DNA from: an uncultured Candidatus Binatia bacterium
GTDB lineage: Bacteria > Desulfobacterota > Binatia > Bin18
NCBI GenBank assembly: GCA_965200965.1
Contig: OZ241744.1
Location: 1,728,001-1,792,000, forward strand
DNA length: 64,000 bases
Direction of reading: 5' to 3'
Under the pieces are notes generated by a model. That model worked only from the letters and a program-made list of their open reading frames with translations. It did not search any database and had not been told where the DNA came from. Of this stretch, positions 10,084 to 20,534 are shown piece after piece (position 1 is the first letter of the stretch; every line of letters starts with the position of its first letter). The position numbers and the translations under genes are program-made.

Positions 10084-10219
10084 GGAGACGGGGGTGCGTG
10101 ACGCCCGCCCTTAGAGTCGTAGGAGAAAATGATTTATGAACAAGAAATGAAGAAGCGCTTTTTGACCTTGCTGACTATGCGCTCTATGTGGCAAGCGTGA
10201 GGAACGCCGATTGAGCCGG

Positions 10220-11218
10220 CTATGAGTCTATGGGCAGACTTTTATACGCCGCCCGCTCCTCCAGTACCCTGTCAATTCCAGTCATCCATTCCAAATCTCT
10301 TCCAATAACGAGTTCGGTCATTGCCGCGTGGTGGGTATTTTTCATGGAGATAGGCTTCGCCGCAAGGCCGTGTTTTCTCGCAAGCTCTCTCACTTCTTCT
10401 GCGTTGTCGTAGGTCATAATAAAATCGCCTTTTATTTTCTCACACCCCGCGAAAAGAGTTTCGTGATCTAATTCAAAATGCGTATACAGGCGGCTTCCCG
10501 CTTTCTTGCCGCCGGCCGTATAGGGAGGATCGATAAAAAAGACGACCTCTTTGTTATCTTTGTATTGTTCCAATGTCTGAAAGGCGTCTCTGTGCTCAAA
10601 AAACAACCTGTCCCGCGTCAGGTGAATCTCTCGCAGACGCTTGGCAAGCGTAGCAGGATACCAGCGTGAAAGAACGCCTTTCCCCGCTTCTCCGTTTTTC
10701 AGAAATCCGGCTCCCGACGCCAGAATCCCCCCGTGAAATGTCCGGTTTTTTATGATGGTTTGAAAAGCCCTCTCTTTCATCAATTTTCTCTTTGCATTGA
10801 TCTCGCTAAGAGCGTTCTCTTTCGACATTTCAAAATTGAGTATTCTCGAGGCGAGCCATTCTGCTTCCCCATCAATAAGGGTCTGCCACACGGCCGCGAT
10901 CTCCTCATCAAGCTCAACCATCAACGCGGCTTCAACCAGGTTTTCAAAAACTGCTGTTAAAGAAACGATACCGCCGCCGGCAAAAAGTTCAATCAAAAGA
11001 TTCGGACGCTTTGGTTGGCTGCACAGCCACTCCCGAAGACGAGGAACAAACCAAGTCTTACCGCCCGGATAGCGAAATGGACTTCGCTGGGGAACAGACG
11101 CAACATTCACCGCCTTCATACCCGGCAAGGGTCCGGCCACCTCAGGAGAAGTCTCAAGCTCAGCCAAAGGTTCCGCGGCTTCACCGAACAGCGATTTTTG
11201 CATGGAACTATGCCCCAA
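10220..11218 (-). CDS. Dam-like (D12 class) N6-adenine DNA methyltransferase
   Basis: SPFRYPGGK, ELFAGGG (SAM-binding), FIDPPY; AT-richer than flanks. Confidence 0.9.
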   Translation of the reverse strand: MGHSSMQKSLFGEAAEPLAELETSPEVAGPLPGMKAVNVASVPQRSPFRYPGGKTWFVPRLREWLCSQPKRPNLLIELFAGGGIVSLTAVFENLVEAALMVELDEEIAAVWQTLIDGEAEWLASRILNFEMSKENALSEINAKRKLMKERAFQTIIKNRTFHGGILASGAGFLKNGEAGKGVLSRWYPATLAKRLREIHLTRDRLFFEHRDAFQTLEQYKDNKEVVFFIDPPYTAGGKKAGSRLYTHFELDHETLFAGCEKIKGDFIMTYDNAEEVRELARKHGLAAKPISMKNTHHAAMTELVIGRDLEWMTGIDRVLEERAAYKSLPIDS

Positions 11219-12095
11219 GCGAGCCTTCGTTGGTTGGTGTAGAGGGCTGTTTTTGGTCCACCTTTGACTGAAGCAATTTCACAAAATTCTCAACCCTGCC
11301 AACCCTCGGCCGGGTTATCGTGTTCAAAGCCTCTGAGAATTTTGTATAGACGACCCTAGTTTTTGTCAAGTTATATCTGGGGGCTGCAAGGTCGAGAACA
11401 AGGGCATACACCAGCCAAGCCACTTCAGCCTCAGATTTTGCCACTTCTTCCAAAGCGGGGAGGGTATTGAAGAAAGAATGGTCTAAAGCGACCGCCATTT
11501 TCTTCTTCCAAGCGTGAAGAATTCCGCCCTTAAACATCAGTTGAGGGGCTAAGCGTTTTCGAGACGATGACAGAAAGTCAGGACGGGGAGAGTTGGGGTG
11601 ATCTGTCCAGTCCATTGAGGCATTCGCCCGGCAATCCGACATGTAATGCGAGAATGGCTCTCGTACATTTCCAGAAATGTAAACAGCCTGAATCTCTAAG
11701 GAGCCAAAGTCGTATACCCTTCCATTATGGTCATAAGCAGCTAACACCAAGTCAATATTCCCGGCAGACTTCCCATCAGAATCAGCCAGTCTTACCTCGG
11801 TCAACGGAGTCCAGGCAGTTCCTTCAGGGAAGAAGAAATCCGCAGCATCAGCGACGACACGCCAATTTTCACGAAATCGGATTGGACAGGTAATGACCGC
11901 GCTGTCCCGGTGGGAAATGCTACAGACCCCGAGGGGATCTTTCGCCTTGTCCTTGGTGCAAGCCGGAACCTTATTGTTGAATGGACAAAGTTTGTTCCCC
12001 CGATGGAGTATTGCCTGCGGACTAAAATCTGTCGGCAAATGGCCGAAAACCTCCGCTAAGGGCCGATTTTCCTTTTGCATCTTTCCTCTGTCCAC
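11208..12095 (-). CDS. NotI-family restriction endonuclease
   Basis: AEVFG followed by Cys cluster CPF...CTK...GVCS...TCPIRF; PD-(D/E)xK-like GNIDLV...LEIQAVYISGN; overlaps the MTase start. Confidence 0.82.
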   Translation of the reverse strand: MDRGKMQKENRPLAEVFGHLPTDFSPQAILHRGNKLCPFNNKVPACTKDKAKDPLGVCSISHRDSAVITCPIRFRENWRVVADAADFFFPEGTAWTPLTEVRLADSDGKSAGNIDLVLAAYDHNGRVYDFGSLEIQAVYISGNVREPFSHYMSDCRANASMDWTDHPNSPRPDFLSSSRKRLAPQLMFKGGILHAWKKKMAVALDHSFFNTLPALEEVAKSEAEVAWLVYALVLDLAAPRYNLTKTRVVYTKFSEALNTITRPRVGRVENFVKLLQSKVDQKQPSTPTNEGSLGA

Positions 12096-12105
12096 GGGGC
12101 AGGCC

Positions 12106-12945
12106 CTATCTGGCCAGTGCCCGCAGGCGGGTGATGCGCTCTTCCAGCGGCGGGTGGGTGCTGAAGAAGCGGGCCAGCGACTGACCGCTCAGCGGATTGA
12201 CAATAAAGAAATGCGCCGTCTGGGGCGAGGCGTGCACTGGCCGGCGCTCTGAGGCCAGCCCCAGCTTTGACAGTGCCGAGGCCAGACCCAGCGGGTCGCC
12301 GCTCATTGCCGCCCCGGTCCGGTCCGCGGCAAACTCGCGGGTGCGGGAGATCGCCATCTGAATAATCGTGGCCGCCAGCGGGGCCACAAAGGCCATGACC
12401 AGCATCCCGACCATGCCCCCGCCGTCCTCGTCGTCCTCACTCCGGCCCAGGCCGAAGATCGCCGCCCACTGGGCCATGTTGGCCAGCATCATAATCACCC
12501 CGGCCAGGGTGGCGGCGACCGAGCTGATCAGGATGTCGCGGTTTTTGACATGAGCCAGTTCATGGGCCAGCACCCCGGTCAGCTCGCGCTCGTCCATCAG
12601 CCGCAGAATGCCCTCGGTCACGGCCACCGCGGCGTGCCTGGGGTCACGGCCGGTCGCAAAGGCGTTGGCCCCCTCGTCCGGAATGACATACAGCTTGGGC
12701 ATTGGCAGCCCGGCCCGCACGGTCAGGTTGTGGACGATCCGATGCAACTGCGGTGCCTGGGCCTCATTCACCTCCTGCGCCCTGTACATGCGCAGCACAA
12801 TTCTGTCCGAGAACCAGTAACTGCCGAAGTTCATCACAACGGCAAAGAGAAAGGCGATCACCAGACCGCCCTGACCGCCCATGTACTGGCCAAACAGCAG
12901 GATCAAGCCGGTCAGCGTACCCAACAGCATGGTTGTTCGCAGCAT
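12106..12945 (-). CDS. htpX: zinc metalloprotease HtpX
   Basis: [29 protein letters not shown]. Confidence 0.95.
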   Translation of the reverse strand: MLRTTMLLGTLTGLILLFGQYMGGQGGLVIAFLFAVVMNFGSYWFSDRIVLRMYRAQEVNEAQAPQLHRIVHNLTVRAGLPMPKLYVIPDEGANAFATGRDPRHAAVAVTEGILRLMDERELTGVLAHELAHVKNRDILISSVAATLAGVIMMLANMAQWAAIFGLGRSEDDEDGGGMVGMLVMAFVAPLAATIIQMAISRTREFAADRTGAAMSGDPLGLASALSKLGLASERRPVHASPQTAHFFIVNPLSGQSLARFFSTHPPLEERITRLRALAR

Positions 12946-12991
12946 ACAGTCTCCTTCCTTGTCACTACGGTAAGACCGCCCCCCGGGGCTG

Positions 12992-13915
12992 TCAACTCGG
13001 CAGAAAGCGGCTCGTCAGCAGGCCCAGGATCAGCAAGGCTCCGTAGGCCAGGTGGAGCTGGGCGGACCGGGCGTCAATATCCCGGTCTTTGAGTTCCCCG
13101 GTCTGAAAGATCGTCCGCACCACCGGCACGGCCAGACCCACGGCCAGCAGGGTCAGCAGCACCGGCCACGGCGCAGAGCCGAACGCCACCAGCCCGACCG
13201 TCAGCACAAAAGCGCCGTATACCAGACCGGCCATCTCCCAGTTGGCCGCCCGCCGGCCAATGACGGTCGCCAGGGTGTTTTTGCCGTGCCCCCGGTCGGC
13301 CTCAATATCACGGATATTATTGGCCTGGAGGATCGCCGCCACCAGACAGCCGACCGGCAGCGACATCAGCAGCGGGGCCAGGGCGAAGGTCTCGCGCTGC
13401 ACATAATACGCGCCCATGATGATGACCGGCCCCATGAAGAGAAAAACGGTCGCTTCGCCCAAGGTGATGTAGGCCAGCGACAGCGGGTTGGCGGTATAAA
13501 AATAGCCGGCCAGCACACTCAGCAGCCCCAGGGCCAGGATCGGCCAGCCGCACAGCGCGACCAGGATGAGGCCACACAGGCTGCCCACCCCAAAGCTCAC
13601 AATCCCGCCCCAGTACACCTGCCCGGCCGACAGCAGCCGGCGTTGAATCACCTGGCTGCCGCTCTTGGACTCCAGGGTATCAACCCCGCTCTGGTGATCG
13701 TAGTAATCGTTAATCATATTGGTCCCAATGTGGATACACAGCGAACCGGACAGGGCCAGGAAAAAGCGCCCCCACCAGAAGGTGCCGTCGAGCGCACCGA
13801 GCACCGAGCCGATGAGGACCGGGGTCAGTGAGGCGGTAAACGAGAAGGGACGGCTGGCGGCAATCCAGCTCTGGACAGAACCCGGCCCGGGACCGGCAGG
13901 AAGGGTGCGGGACAT
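12992..13915 (-). CDS. menA: 1,4-dihydroxy-2-naphthoate polyprenyltransferase (UbiA family)
   Basis: [31 protein letters not shown]; multiple TM helices. Confidence 0.88.
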   Translation of the reverse strand: MSRTLPAGPGPGSVQSWIAASRPFSFTASLTPVLIGSVLGALDGTFWWGRFFLALSGSLCIHIGTNMINDYYDHQSGVDTLESKSGSQVIQRRLLSAGQVYWGGIVSFGVGSLCGLILVALCGWPILALGLLSVLAGYFYTANPLSLAYITLGEATVFLFMGPVIIMGAYYVQRETFALAPLLMSLPVGCLVAAILQANNIRDIEADRGHGKNTLATVIGRRAANWEMAGLVYGAFVLTVGLVAFGSAPWPVLLTLLAVGLAVPVVRTIFQTGELKDRDIDARSAQLHLAYGALLILGLLTSRFLPS

Positions 13916-14049
13916 GACGGCCTCCTTGTCGGGCCTATTATGGGCGTGTTGCCGTGGGGGAGTCAAACGGCCCCGCGGCACTGCTGAACGGCTTGCCCGC
14001 CTGGAGTTGGCCGGCTACACCCTCGACTGACTGAAAGGAGGACTGAGAT

Positions 14050-14505
14050 ATGGCAACGGAAGAAATCGGCCGTCTGGATCACATTGGCATTGCCGTCCAC
14101 AGCATTGACCGGGCGCGGCTCTTTTTTGAAGAGGTGCTGGGCGCGCGGTTTCGTTTTCTCAGGACATCCCGCGACGGCAGTTTCCGGTTTGCGGTCTTTG
14201 ACCTGCACGACTTCACCCTTGAGTTGATTGAGCCGGTCACTGAAGACAGCTTTTTGACCAGGTATCTGGAAAAAAGGGGCGAAGGTGTCCACCACCTCAC
14301 CGTGCAGACCCCGGACCTGAAAAAGAAGGTCGCCGGCTTAGAGGCACAAGGGCTGCGGGTGGTGGATAAACACCTGGACGGACCCGATTTTCTCGAGGCG
14401 TTTATCTCGCCCAGGAACGCCTGCGGCGTGCTGTTCCAGTTGGCTGAGACCTGTCCGCCGCTGGATAATGCGCCGTACTGGCACAATGAGCAGGATGAAC
14501 CGTAG
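14050..14505 (+). CDS. VOC-family protein (methylmalonyl-CoA epimerase-like)
   Basis: LDHIGIAV, LELIEP, GEGVHHL, FISPRNACGVLFQL. Confidence 0.85.
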   Translation: MATEEIGRLDHIGIAVHSIDRARLFFEEVLGARFRFLRTSRDGSFRFAVFDLHDFTLELIEPVTEDSFLTRYLEKRGEGVHHLTVQTPDLKKKVAGLEAQGLRVVDKHLDGPDFLEAFISPRNACGVLFQLAETCPPLDNAPYWHNEQDEP

Positions 14506-14559
14506 GTCACGGCTCAAGCGACCTGGCAGCCCGGCGTATGGTGTGATAGCTACAGGGCC

Positions 14560-16104
14560 GTGAATGTGGCGGCACAGCAGGGCAGTCGGGGCAATGTCAG
14601 CGGCTTTGGGCTGGATATCAACGGCCCGGTCTTTCTGATTTCGTCCCTGACCATCCTGGTCTTTATTGCCGGGGCGCTGACCTTTCAGCAGGGCGCGACC
14701 GAGGTCTTTGGCGCGGTCCGGCTGTGGCTTACCACCCGCTGTGACTGGGTGTTCATGCTGAGCGTCAACATTGTGCTGCTGTTCTGCCTGTTTGTGATTG
14801 TCTCGCCGCTGGGCCGGATACGCCTCGGCGGCCACGCAGCGCGGCCCGCATACTCCAACCTGAGCTGGTTCGCCATGCTGTTTGCCGCGGGGATAGGCAT
14901 CGGCCTGATGTTCTTTGGCGTGCTGGAGCCGGTCTATTTCTTTCAGCATCCGCCGCTCGGCGTGGCCGCGACCCCGACCGAGGCGGTGCGCGCCCTGGGC
15001 ATTGCCGGGGCGGCTTTTCACTGGGGGCTGCACGGCTGGGCGATCTATGGGCTGGTGGGCCTGACCCTGGCCTTTTTCAGCTACAACCGGGGTTTGCCGC
15101 TGACCGTCCGCTCGGCCTTCTACCCGCTGCTGGGCGAGCGGGTGTGGGGGTGGCCCGGGCACACGGTCGATACCCTGGCCGTGTTTTCCACCGTGTTCGG
15201 GCTGGCGACCTCACTCGGCCTGGGTGTTGAGCAGCTCACGGCCGGGCTCAACTATCTGTTCGGCACACCCGCGGTCGGGGCGACCAAGGTGGCGCTGATC
15301 GGGCTGATCACCGCCACCGCCCTGGTCTCGGTGCTGACCGGGCTTGACGTGGGCATCAAGCGCCTCAGTCAGCTCAACCTGCTCATGGCGGTCGGGCTGA
15401 TACTGTTCATCATCACCGTTGGCCCGACCCTGGCGATAGGCGCGAGCGTCCTCAGCGGGCTGGGCACCTATGTGGTCAACATTCTGCCGCTCAGCAATTG
15501 GATAGGCCGCTCGGACACCGATTTTCTGCACAACTGGACCACCTTCTACTGGGCGTGGTGGATCGCCTGGTCGCCGTCGGTCGGCATTTTCATTGCCCGC
15601 ATCTCACGCGGTCGCACCGTCCGCGAGTTCATGATCGGCGTGTTGCTCGTGCCGACCCTGTTCAGCGTGGTGTGGATGAGTGCCTTTGGCGGCACCGCCA
15701 TCGAGCAGTTCATGGCCGACGGCTACACCGGCGTCACGGCCGCGGTCAGCGCCAACCGGCCGGAACTGTCGCTGTTCAAGATGTTCGAGCCGCTGCCGCT
15801 GACCGGGCTGCTGTCCCTGGTCAGCATCGTCCTGGTGGTCATCTTTTTTGTCACCTCCGCGGATTCGGGCGCGCTGGTGGTCGATACCCTGGCCGCCGGC
15901 GGCAAGGTGGATACGCCGGTCGCGCAGCGGGTGTTCTGGTGTGTGAGCGTGGGGCTGGTGGCCACCGCCCTGCTGCTCGGCGGGGGGCTGGACTCCTTGC
16001 GGGCCGCCGCGCTCGCCACCGGCTTTCCGCTTGCGTTTGTACTCATCGGCATGGCGGTCAGCGTGTATCGGGGCTTATCGGGATTTCAGGAGGCCCGGGA
16101 CTGA
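14560..16104 (+). CDS. BCCT family (betaine/choline/carnitine) transporter
   Basis: SWFAMLFAAGIGIGL, FHWGLHGW, WTTFYWAWWIAWSP, ISRGRTVREF. Confidence 0.95.
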   Translation: MNVAAQQGSRGNVSGFGLDINGPVFLISSLTILVFIAGALTFQQGATEVFGAVRLWLTTRCDWVFMLSVNIVLLFCLFVIVSPLGRIRLGGHAARPAYSNLSWFAMLFAAGIGIGLMFFGVLEPVYFFQHPPLGVAATPTEAVRALGIAGAAFHWGLHGWAIYGLVGLTLAFFSYNRGLPLTVRSAFYPLLGERVWGWPGHTVDTLAVFSTVFGLATSLGLGVEQLTAGLNYLFGTPAVGATKVALIGLITATALVSVLTGLDVGIKRLSQLNLLMAVGLILFIITVGPTLAIGASVLSGLGTYVVNILPLSNWIGRSDTDFLHNWTTFYWAWWIAWSPSVGIFIARISRGRTVREFMIGVLLVPTLFSVVWMSAFGGTAIEQFMADGYTGVTAAVSANRPELSLFKMFEPLPLTGLLSLVSIVLVVIFFVTSADSGALVVDTLAAGGKVDTPVAQRVFWCVSVGLVATALLLGGGLDSLRAAALATGFPLAFVLIGMAVSVYRGLSGFQEARD

Positions 16105-16154
16105 GCAGGATGGAGGAGGGGGGACGACACGCCCGCGCTGGAACAAGCCGCTCT

Positions 16155-16184
16155 GCCGGATTACGCTTCGCTCATCCGCTCTAC
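16155..16184 (-). repeat. GTAG-type REP palindrome overlapping the ParA-like gene stop
   Basis: minus strand GTAG-AG-CGGATGAGC-GAA-GCGTAATCCG-GC, near-identical to the REPs at 20576 and 22695. Confidence 0.75.
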
Positions 16185-17177
16185 CCTCTCGAGAATCTTC
16201 CGCGCCAGCAGCTCGAAATCCCGCCGTGCATCAGTCGCAGCCGCGGCATGGCTGCCAATCGCGCCGTCAGCCGAAGTCAGATGAAAAATGGGCTTGCGCG
16301 CTTCCTGCGCCAGTGGCACGAGGCTGCGGTAGTGCCTGACGGTAGCCAGGGCGTGTTCTCCATCCTGGTGCGGCGTCTCGGGATACGGACCGCAGCTATC
16401 CCCCAACAGGCTGCGGGCGTATTCCCGCGGCATGCGATTGACCCACTTGTCATACGCTCTGACGGGGCGGTCCAGGCGCACGCTGTGCTGTTGCACCACA
16501 TAGCCGATGGGCCGCATTGTTCCGTCCGGCAGCAGAAAGTCCGGTTGCTGCCAGTTATCCTTTCGTTTTTCCCAGTCCCCCCGCCAGCGGTTGAGGGTCG
16601 GGCCGAGATTGCGCAGACCCTGGAGTGAGAACAGGTCCGCGCCCAGCGGAACAACGATGTAGTCGGTTGCGATCAAGGCCGAGCGATTAATCGCGCCCAG
16701 ATTGGGGCCGACATCGGCCAGGATGACATCGGCCTGCATCTGCTCAGCCCCGGCCTGCATGACGGTCGAGAAGGCGGTCAAAATGCGGAAGGGACGGTGG
16801 AGGAGGGTAGAGCCCAAGGCGTTGGGCCATTCCGCGGACAGGGTATCTTCAAAACCGGCCAGGGCCAGGTCGCCCCGTATCAGGTACAGATCGGGGGGGG
16901 CGACCGGCGTGAGCTGCGGCGGCTTGAGGTCGCCCACTTTCGTCAGCGGTAAGACACAGCGCAAAATGGTGTTCGCAGACGTGTCGTCGTCTGTGTCCCA
17001 GAGTGTTTCCAGATGCTCTTCATCCAGAAAAGCGGCAGTGAGGTTCGCCTGCGGGTCAAGGTCACAGGCCAGCACCCGATGCCCCATGTCGGACAGCATC
17101 CAGGCCAGATGATAGACCAGCGATGTTTTACCTACGCCCCCCTTGTTGTTGAAAAAAGTCAGGACAGGCGCGGTCAT
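16161..17177 (-). CDS. ParA/MinD-like (SIMIBI) ATPase, orphan type
   Basis: Deviant Walker A NNKGGVGKT, DLDPQANLT, DVGPNLG; 4-nt overlap with upstream gene; no parB. Confidence 0.88.
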   Translation of the reverse strand: MTAPVLTFFNNKGGVGKTSLVYHLAWMLSDMGHRVLACDLDPQANLTAAFLDEEHLETLWDTDDDTSANTILRCVLPLTKVGDLKPPQLTPVAPPDLYLIRGDLALAGFEDTLSAEWPNALGSTLLHRPFRILTAFSTVMQAGAEQMQADVILADVGPNLGAINRSALIATDYIVVPLGADLFSLQGLRNLGPTLNRWRGDWEKRKDNWQQPDFLLPDGTMRPIGYVVQQHSVRLDRPVRAYDKWVNRMPREYARSLLGDSCGPYPETPHQDGEHALATVRHYRSLVPLAQEARKPIFHLTSADGAIGSHAAAATDARRDFELLARKILERVERMSEA

Positions 17178-18391
17178 TGTGCCAGCCTCCCGGCGCGTAT
17201 CGTTATCCGCACAAAGTTGGGAGAAACATCAAACTCAGGTTCTGCGTGTCCCGCGGCCGCCAGGCGCTGCCTGGCCAGGGATATGCCAATGCCAAAACGC
17301 TGAACAAACCCGAGGGTTTTCATGGCGTCTGCCAGGTTGGGGTTGCGATAATCGACTACTCCCGGCTCCCCGAACCGCTCAGCCGTTACCACTCCGAACG
17401 CGCCGCCGGGACTCATTACTTCGATACGGTCATTGAACCAGTAGACATGCACCGGCGCGTTGGTGGCTTCGTATGTCCTGTGCATCAGCGCGTTACGCAC
17501 GAACTGCCGCAAGGCTTCCAGGGGGTAGTGCGCGGTGCGGTGTTCAACAGGGCCGCTTGTGACATCGACTGCCACGCGATTATGCGCTGTGAGTTTTTCT
17601 TCGAGCTGGCGAAGCAGGTCTGGAAGCGCGCCGCGTATCTCTTGGGCATCAAGTATGTCATCGGCATGGCTCGTCCCGTGTATCCTGAGAAATTGTACAT
17701 ACGCGCCCGGCAGAAAATCCTGCGGGCTTTTGCCGATCGCCAGCAGGCCCAGCACGGTCGCGGTGGGCTGGTCGGCAGCAACGATCATTTTTGTCGCGGC
17801 CAGTTGCTCGTTGAGACTGCGGGCATTGGCGGCCAGCATCTCGTCGGAAAATGCCCGGACCAGGTATTCGTTCGTGAACTGGGTCAGGTTGAGGTCTGCC
17901 AGACCGGCCGGAGGAACAGGCTGGATGTCAAAGGGACGGTCGCCAGACCGCCGTTTTTCGTTGAGTATCCTTTCATCCTGTGCCGTGGCGATACCGCGGC
18001 GCGAGCCAGTGCGGATACAGATAGCGCCTTTGCAGCGCACCGGCGGTGAGTCGGAGGGTTCCACCACAACAAGCGCAAGCTCCTTGCCGTGCAGCCGGCG
18101 CTTTTCCACGCTGAGCGAGGGCGGGGGCAGGATCGTGCCGTCGGTTTTCATGTCGGCCAACTGCCGGAGCAACTGGTCAGTCACAGACAGCCCGCACGAG
18201 GTGCCATTGTCTCGTACCCCGATGAACACAAAACCGGGCGCTCTGTGGTCGGGCAAGTCATTGGCAAAGGCGCAGATGGCTTGTCTGATCCTTGAAGCGA
18301 CGCGCTCGGAGAACGCCTCCTTGAACTCGACGCGGTCGGCTTCTCCAGCCGTGATGATCTCCAGCACCTCGGTATCGGTGAACTGCCGCAT
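17174..18391 (-). CDS. AlbA_2 (Schlafen-like) domain + HATPase_c_4 protein
   Basis: EADRVEFKE...ICAFAND...FIGVRDNG; YPLEALRQFVRNALMHRTYE...DRIEVMSPG...RNPNL...GIGI. Confidence 0.88.
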   Translation of the reverse strand: MRQFTDTEVLEIITAGEADRVEFKEAFSERVASRIRQAICAFANDLPDHRAPGFVFIGVRDNGTSCGLSVTDQLLRQLADMKTDGTILPPPSLSVEKRRLHGKELALVVVEPSDSPPVRCKGAICIRTGSRRGIATAQDERILNEKRRSGDRPFDIQPVPPAGLADLNLTQFTNEYLVRAFSDEMLAANARSLNEQLAATKMIVAADQPTATVLGLLAIGKSPQDFLPGAYVQFLRIHGTSHADDILDAQEIRGALPDLLRQLEEKLTAHNRVAVDVTSGPVEHRTAHYPLEALRQFVRNALMHRTYEATNAPVHVYWFNDRIEVMSPGGAFGVVTAERFGEPGVVDYRNPNLADAMKTLGFVQRFGIGISLARQRLAAAGHAEPEFDVSPNFVRITIRAGRLAQ

Positions 18392-18645
18392 GGCCGGCTC
18401 CGTTCATTCTGAGCCAGATGACGCCCGGGGGCTGGCCCGCCCGTCCTTTTCGCCAATCACGGGCAGCCCGGAATCACACCAATCACGGTTCAGACCGCCC
18501 TCGGTCGTCCTGACACGCGCCTTGACCGCGGCCCCAACTCCTCAACCGCCGTCCCGGGGGGCTCCTCGGGGGAGCTCAGAGCAAAGAAAGTGAGTGGGCA
18601 TGTCCTGTCTTTGAGCGGGGTCAACTGTGAACGGTATCACCGGGA

Positions 18646-18936
18646 TTATTCTGCTACTGTGACGTGTTCGTTTGCCCAGCGGGCGGGGAACGTCATGAAG
18701 CCCATAGCGGTGGTGAAAAATTCACCGGGGAGTTGGACGGTGATGGTCTCGCCGTCTATCTTCCTGATGATGCCACGAATGGAGCCGGCGGGCTTGTTGA
18801 CATGCCGGGCTTGGACAAACCCTGAAGACGGGCCGTTTTGGGTGGTAAGCGTCACCAGGTATTCGTCAGGAAACGCGCCGGTGCCGATGTGGCAGGGGAT
18901 ATTGACCGATTGTTCAAGCTGAAAGACCTTTGTCAC
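18646..18936 (-). CDS. hypothetical small beta-rich protein
   Basis: 96-aa ORF, GTG start behind GAAGGAGG RBS. Confidence 0.6.
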   Translation of the reverse strand: MTKVFQLEQSVNIPCHIGTGAFPDEYLVTLTTQNGPSSGFVQARHVNKPAGSIRGIIRKIDGETITVQLPGEFFTTAMGFMTFPARWANEHVTVAE

Positions 18937-18999
18937 TGTTTTGCCCTCCTTCGCAATGGCCCCGGGTGTATCGCGTCGGTGCTGGTCACTGCAAGCCCT

Positions 19000-19030
19000 G
19001 TAGGTCGGCTGAGCCGGCGGGCGTGAGCCG
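19000..19030 (+). repeat. GTAG-type REP (single, truncated)
   Basis: GTAG-GT-CGGCTGAGC-CGGCGG-GCGTGAGCCG. Confidence 0.65.
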
Positions 19031-19072
19031 CTGGATCGCTCTGATCGTGGGGTTGTGCATGGGGTTCCTTCC
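19031..19072 (-). pseudogene. relic 5' end of a Type IIG R-M gene
   Basis: AGGAACCCC-ATG-MHNPTIRAIQ matches AGGAACTCC-ATG-MPLSTLRAIQ at 26364; runs straight into a REP. Confidence 0.55.
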
Positions 19073-19076
19073 TCAA

Positions 19077-20534
19077 CTACTCCACTTTAAACTTCTGATT
19101 TCCCTGTTGCGCCTTCAATGCCTCATACTTGGCAAAATCCAGAGAGGCTTCTCTGTCGTAAAAGGCTATCTTATTGGCCCATCCCCGATTGTGGTACGCC
19201 GCAGCAAAGTCAGGCTTTAGCGAAATGGCGCGGTCGTAGTCCGCAAGCGCCGCTTCGAGTTGCCCAAGATTTCTCTTGACATTGCCCCTACCGGAGTACG
19301 CTTCGGCGTAATTAGGGTCTAACCTGATAGCCTCCTCGTAGTCCGCAAGGGCTTCTGCGTTGCGTCCGAGTTCCTTCTTGACGTTGCCCCGGTTGTTATA
19401 CGCCGCAGCGTAACCGGGATTTAACCTAATAGCCTCATCGTAGTCCGCCAAGGCGGATTCATACTCCTTAAGTGCGAACCTGACAGCACCCCGGCTGTTG
19501 TACGCATCATAGTAATCAGGTTTTAGTTCAATAGCCTTATTGTAGTCCGCCAAGGCGGAGGCGTAATCCTTCTCGCTAAAGAACTTAATAACACCACGGT
19601 TGTAGTACGCTACGGCGTAATTAGGGTCTACCCTAATAGCCTCCTCGTAATCCGCAAGGGCTTCTGAGTACTCCTCCAAGAAGATTCTAAAATCGCCTCT
19701 CTGACAATAATTGTCACTTTGCACATTCTCCCGCATTGGTTCTCGACGCTTCTCCTTTCTGATTTCCGCGGTGTAGTAATGCGCTGCGAGTTCAGCGTTG
19801 TAGTCGGATTCGGCTGTGTTTCTCTCAAGAAAACCCGCCGAGTCGGGAAACAGCGTTTTCTCCGAAATGCCCACCCTGTCCAACTCTTGCAAGATCGTTT
19901 TCTGGTGCTCTCTGGAGACGATGATCTCCCGCTCGATCATACTTTCTTCTATTTCGGGTGCTCCAAACAGGAAGACGGACTGCTGTACCGTGAGGCGTTG
20001 GCTATCCAGGACAGGATTGCCGACAGCGGGCCGCCACATATGCCATTGATCATCTCGCTCAAAGAATTCCTTGAGTTCCTGCTTCAAGTCTTCTTGGGTG
20101 GTGACTTCTTGAATCGTGCCAGGCTGCTGGACGTTGACCACAAAGACCTTACCGTCTGTTTCCCCATCAGTTTTGCAGGCAAACCAGAGGGCAACCAGAG
20201 GATTGTAGGTAAAGTCTATCAGCCCGGTCGCTACCCCGTTGTGTTGGAGGTGGGCCATGCACTCCAGAGGCGTCAGATTGCTGTAGGCGTTGGGGTAGCG
20301 GAGATTCACTTCGTAAATAATCTGGTGGATGTAGCCTCTGAACAGGGCAAACACTAACCCAGGATGTTTCAACGGGCGCTTTCGCAGGCGGCGCAGGGCG
20401 CTGCTCTGCACCTTCCAGCTTTCATCCTTTTGGCCGCGGTAAATGTAGCGGCGCTCTTCGCCAGAGGCGGCAAGCTTGTCTATGACTGCGATGTAATCCG
20501 CCAAGCTGGTTATGGATTTTTGATCGTCGCTCAT
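19077..20534 (-). CDS. FRG-domain protein fused to 6 TPR repeats
   Basis: YIYRGQ...LQHNGVATGLIDFTYNPLVALWFAC...QQSVFL; 34-aa TPR units. Confidence 0.9.
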   Translation of the reverse strand: MSDDQKSITSLADYIAVIDKLAASGEERRYIYRGQKDESWKVQSSALRRLRKRPLKHPGLVFALFRGYIHQIIYEVNLRYPNAYSNLTPLECMAHLQHNGVATGLIDFTYNPLVALWFACKTDGETDGKVFVVNVQQPGTIQEVTTQEDLKQELKEFFERDDQWHMWRPAVGNPVLDSQRLTVQQSVFLFGAPEIEESMIEREIIVSREHQKTILQELDRVGISEKTLFPDSAGFLERNTAESDYNAELAAHYYTAEIRKEKRREPMRENVQSDNYCQRGDFRIFLEEYSEALADYEEAIRVDPNYAVAYYNRGVIKFFSEKDYASALADYNKAIELKPDYYDAYNSRGAVRFALKEYESALADYDEAIRLNPGYAAAYNNRGNVKKELGRNAEALADYEEAIRLDPNYAEAYSGRGNVKRNLGQLEAALADYDRAISLKPDFAAAYHNRGWANKIAFYDREASLDFAKYEALKAQQGNQKFKVE

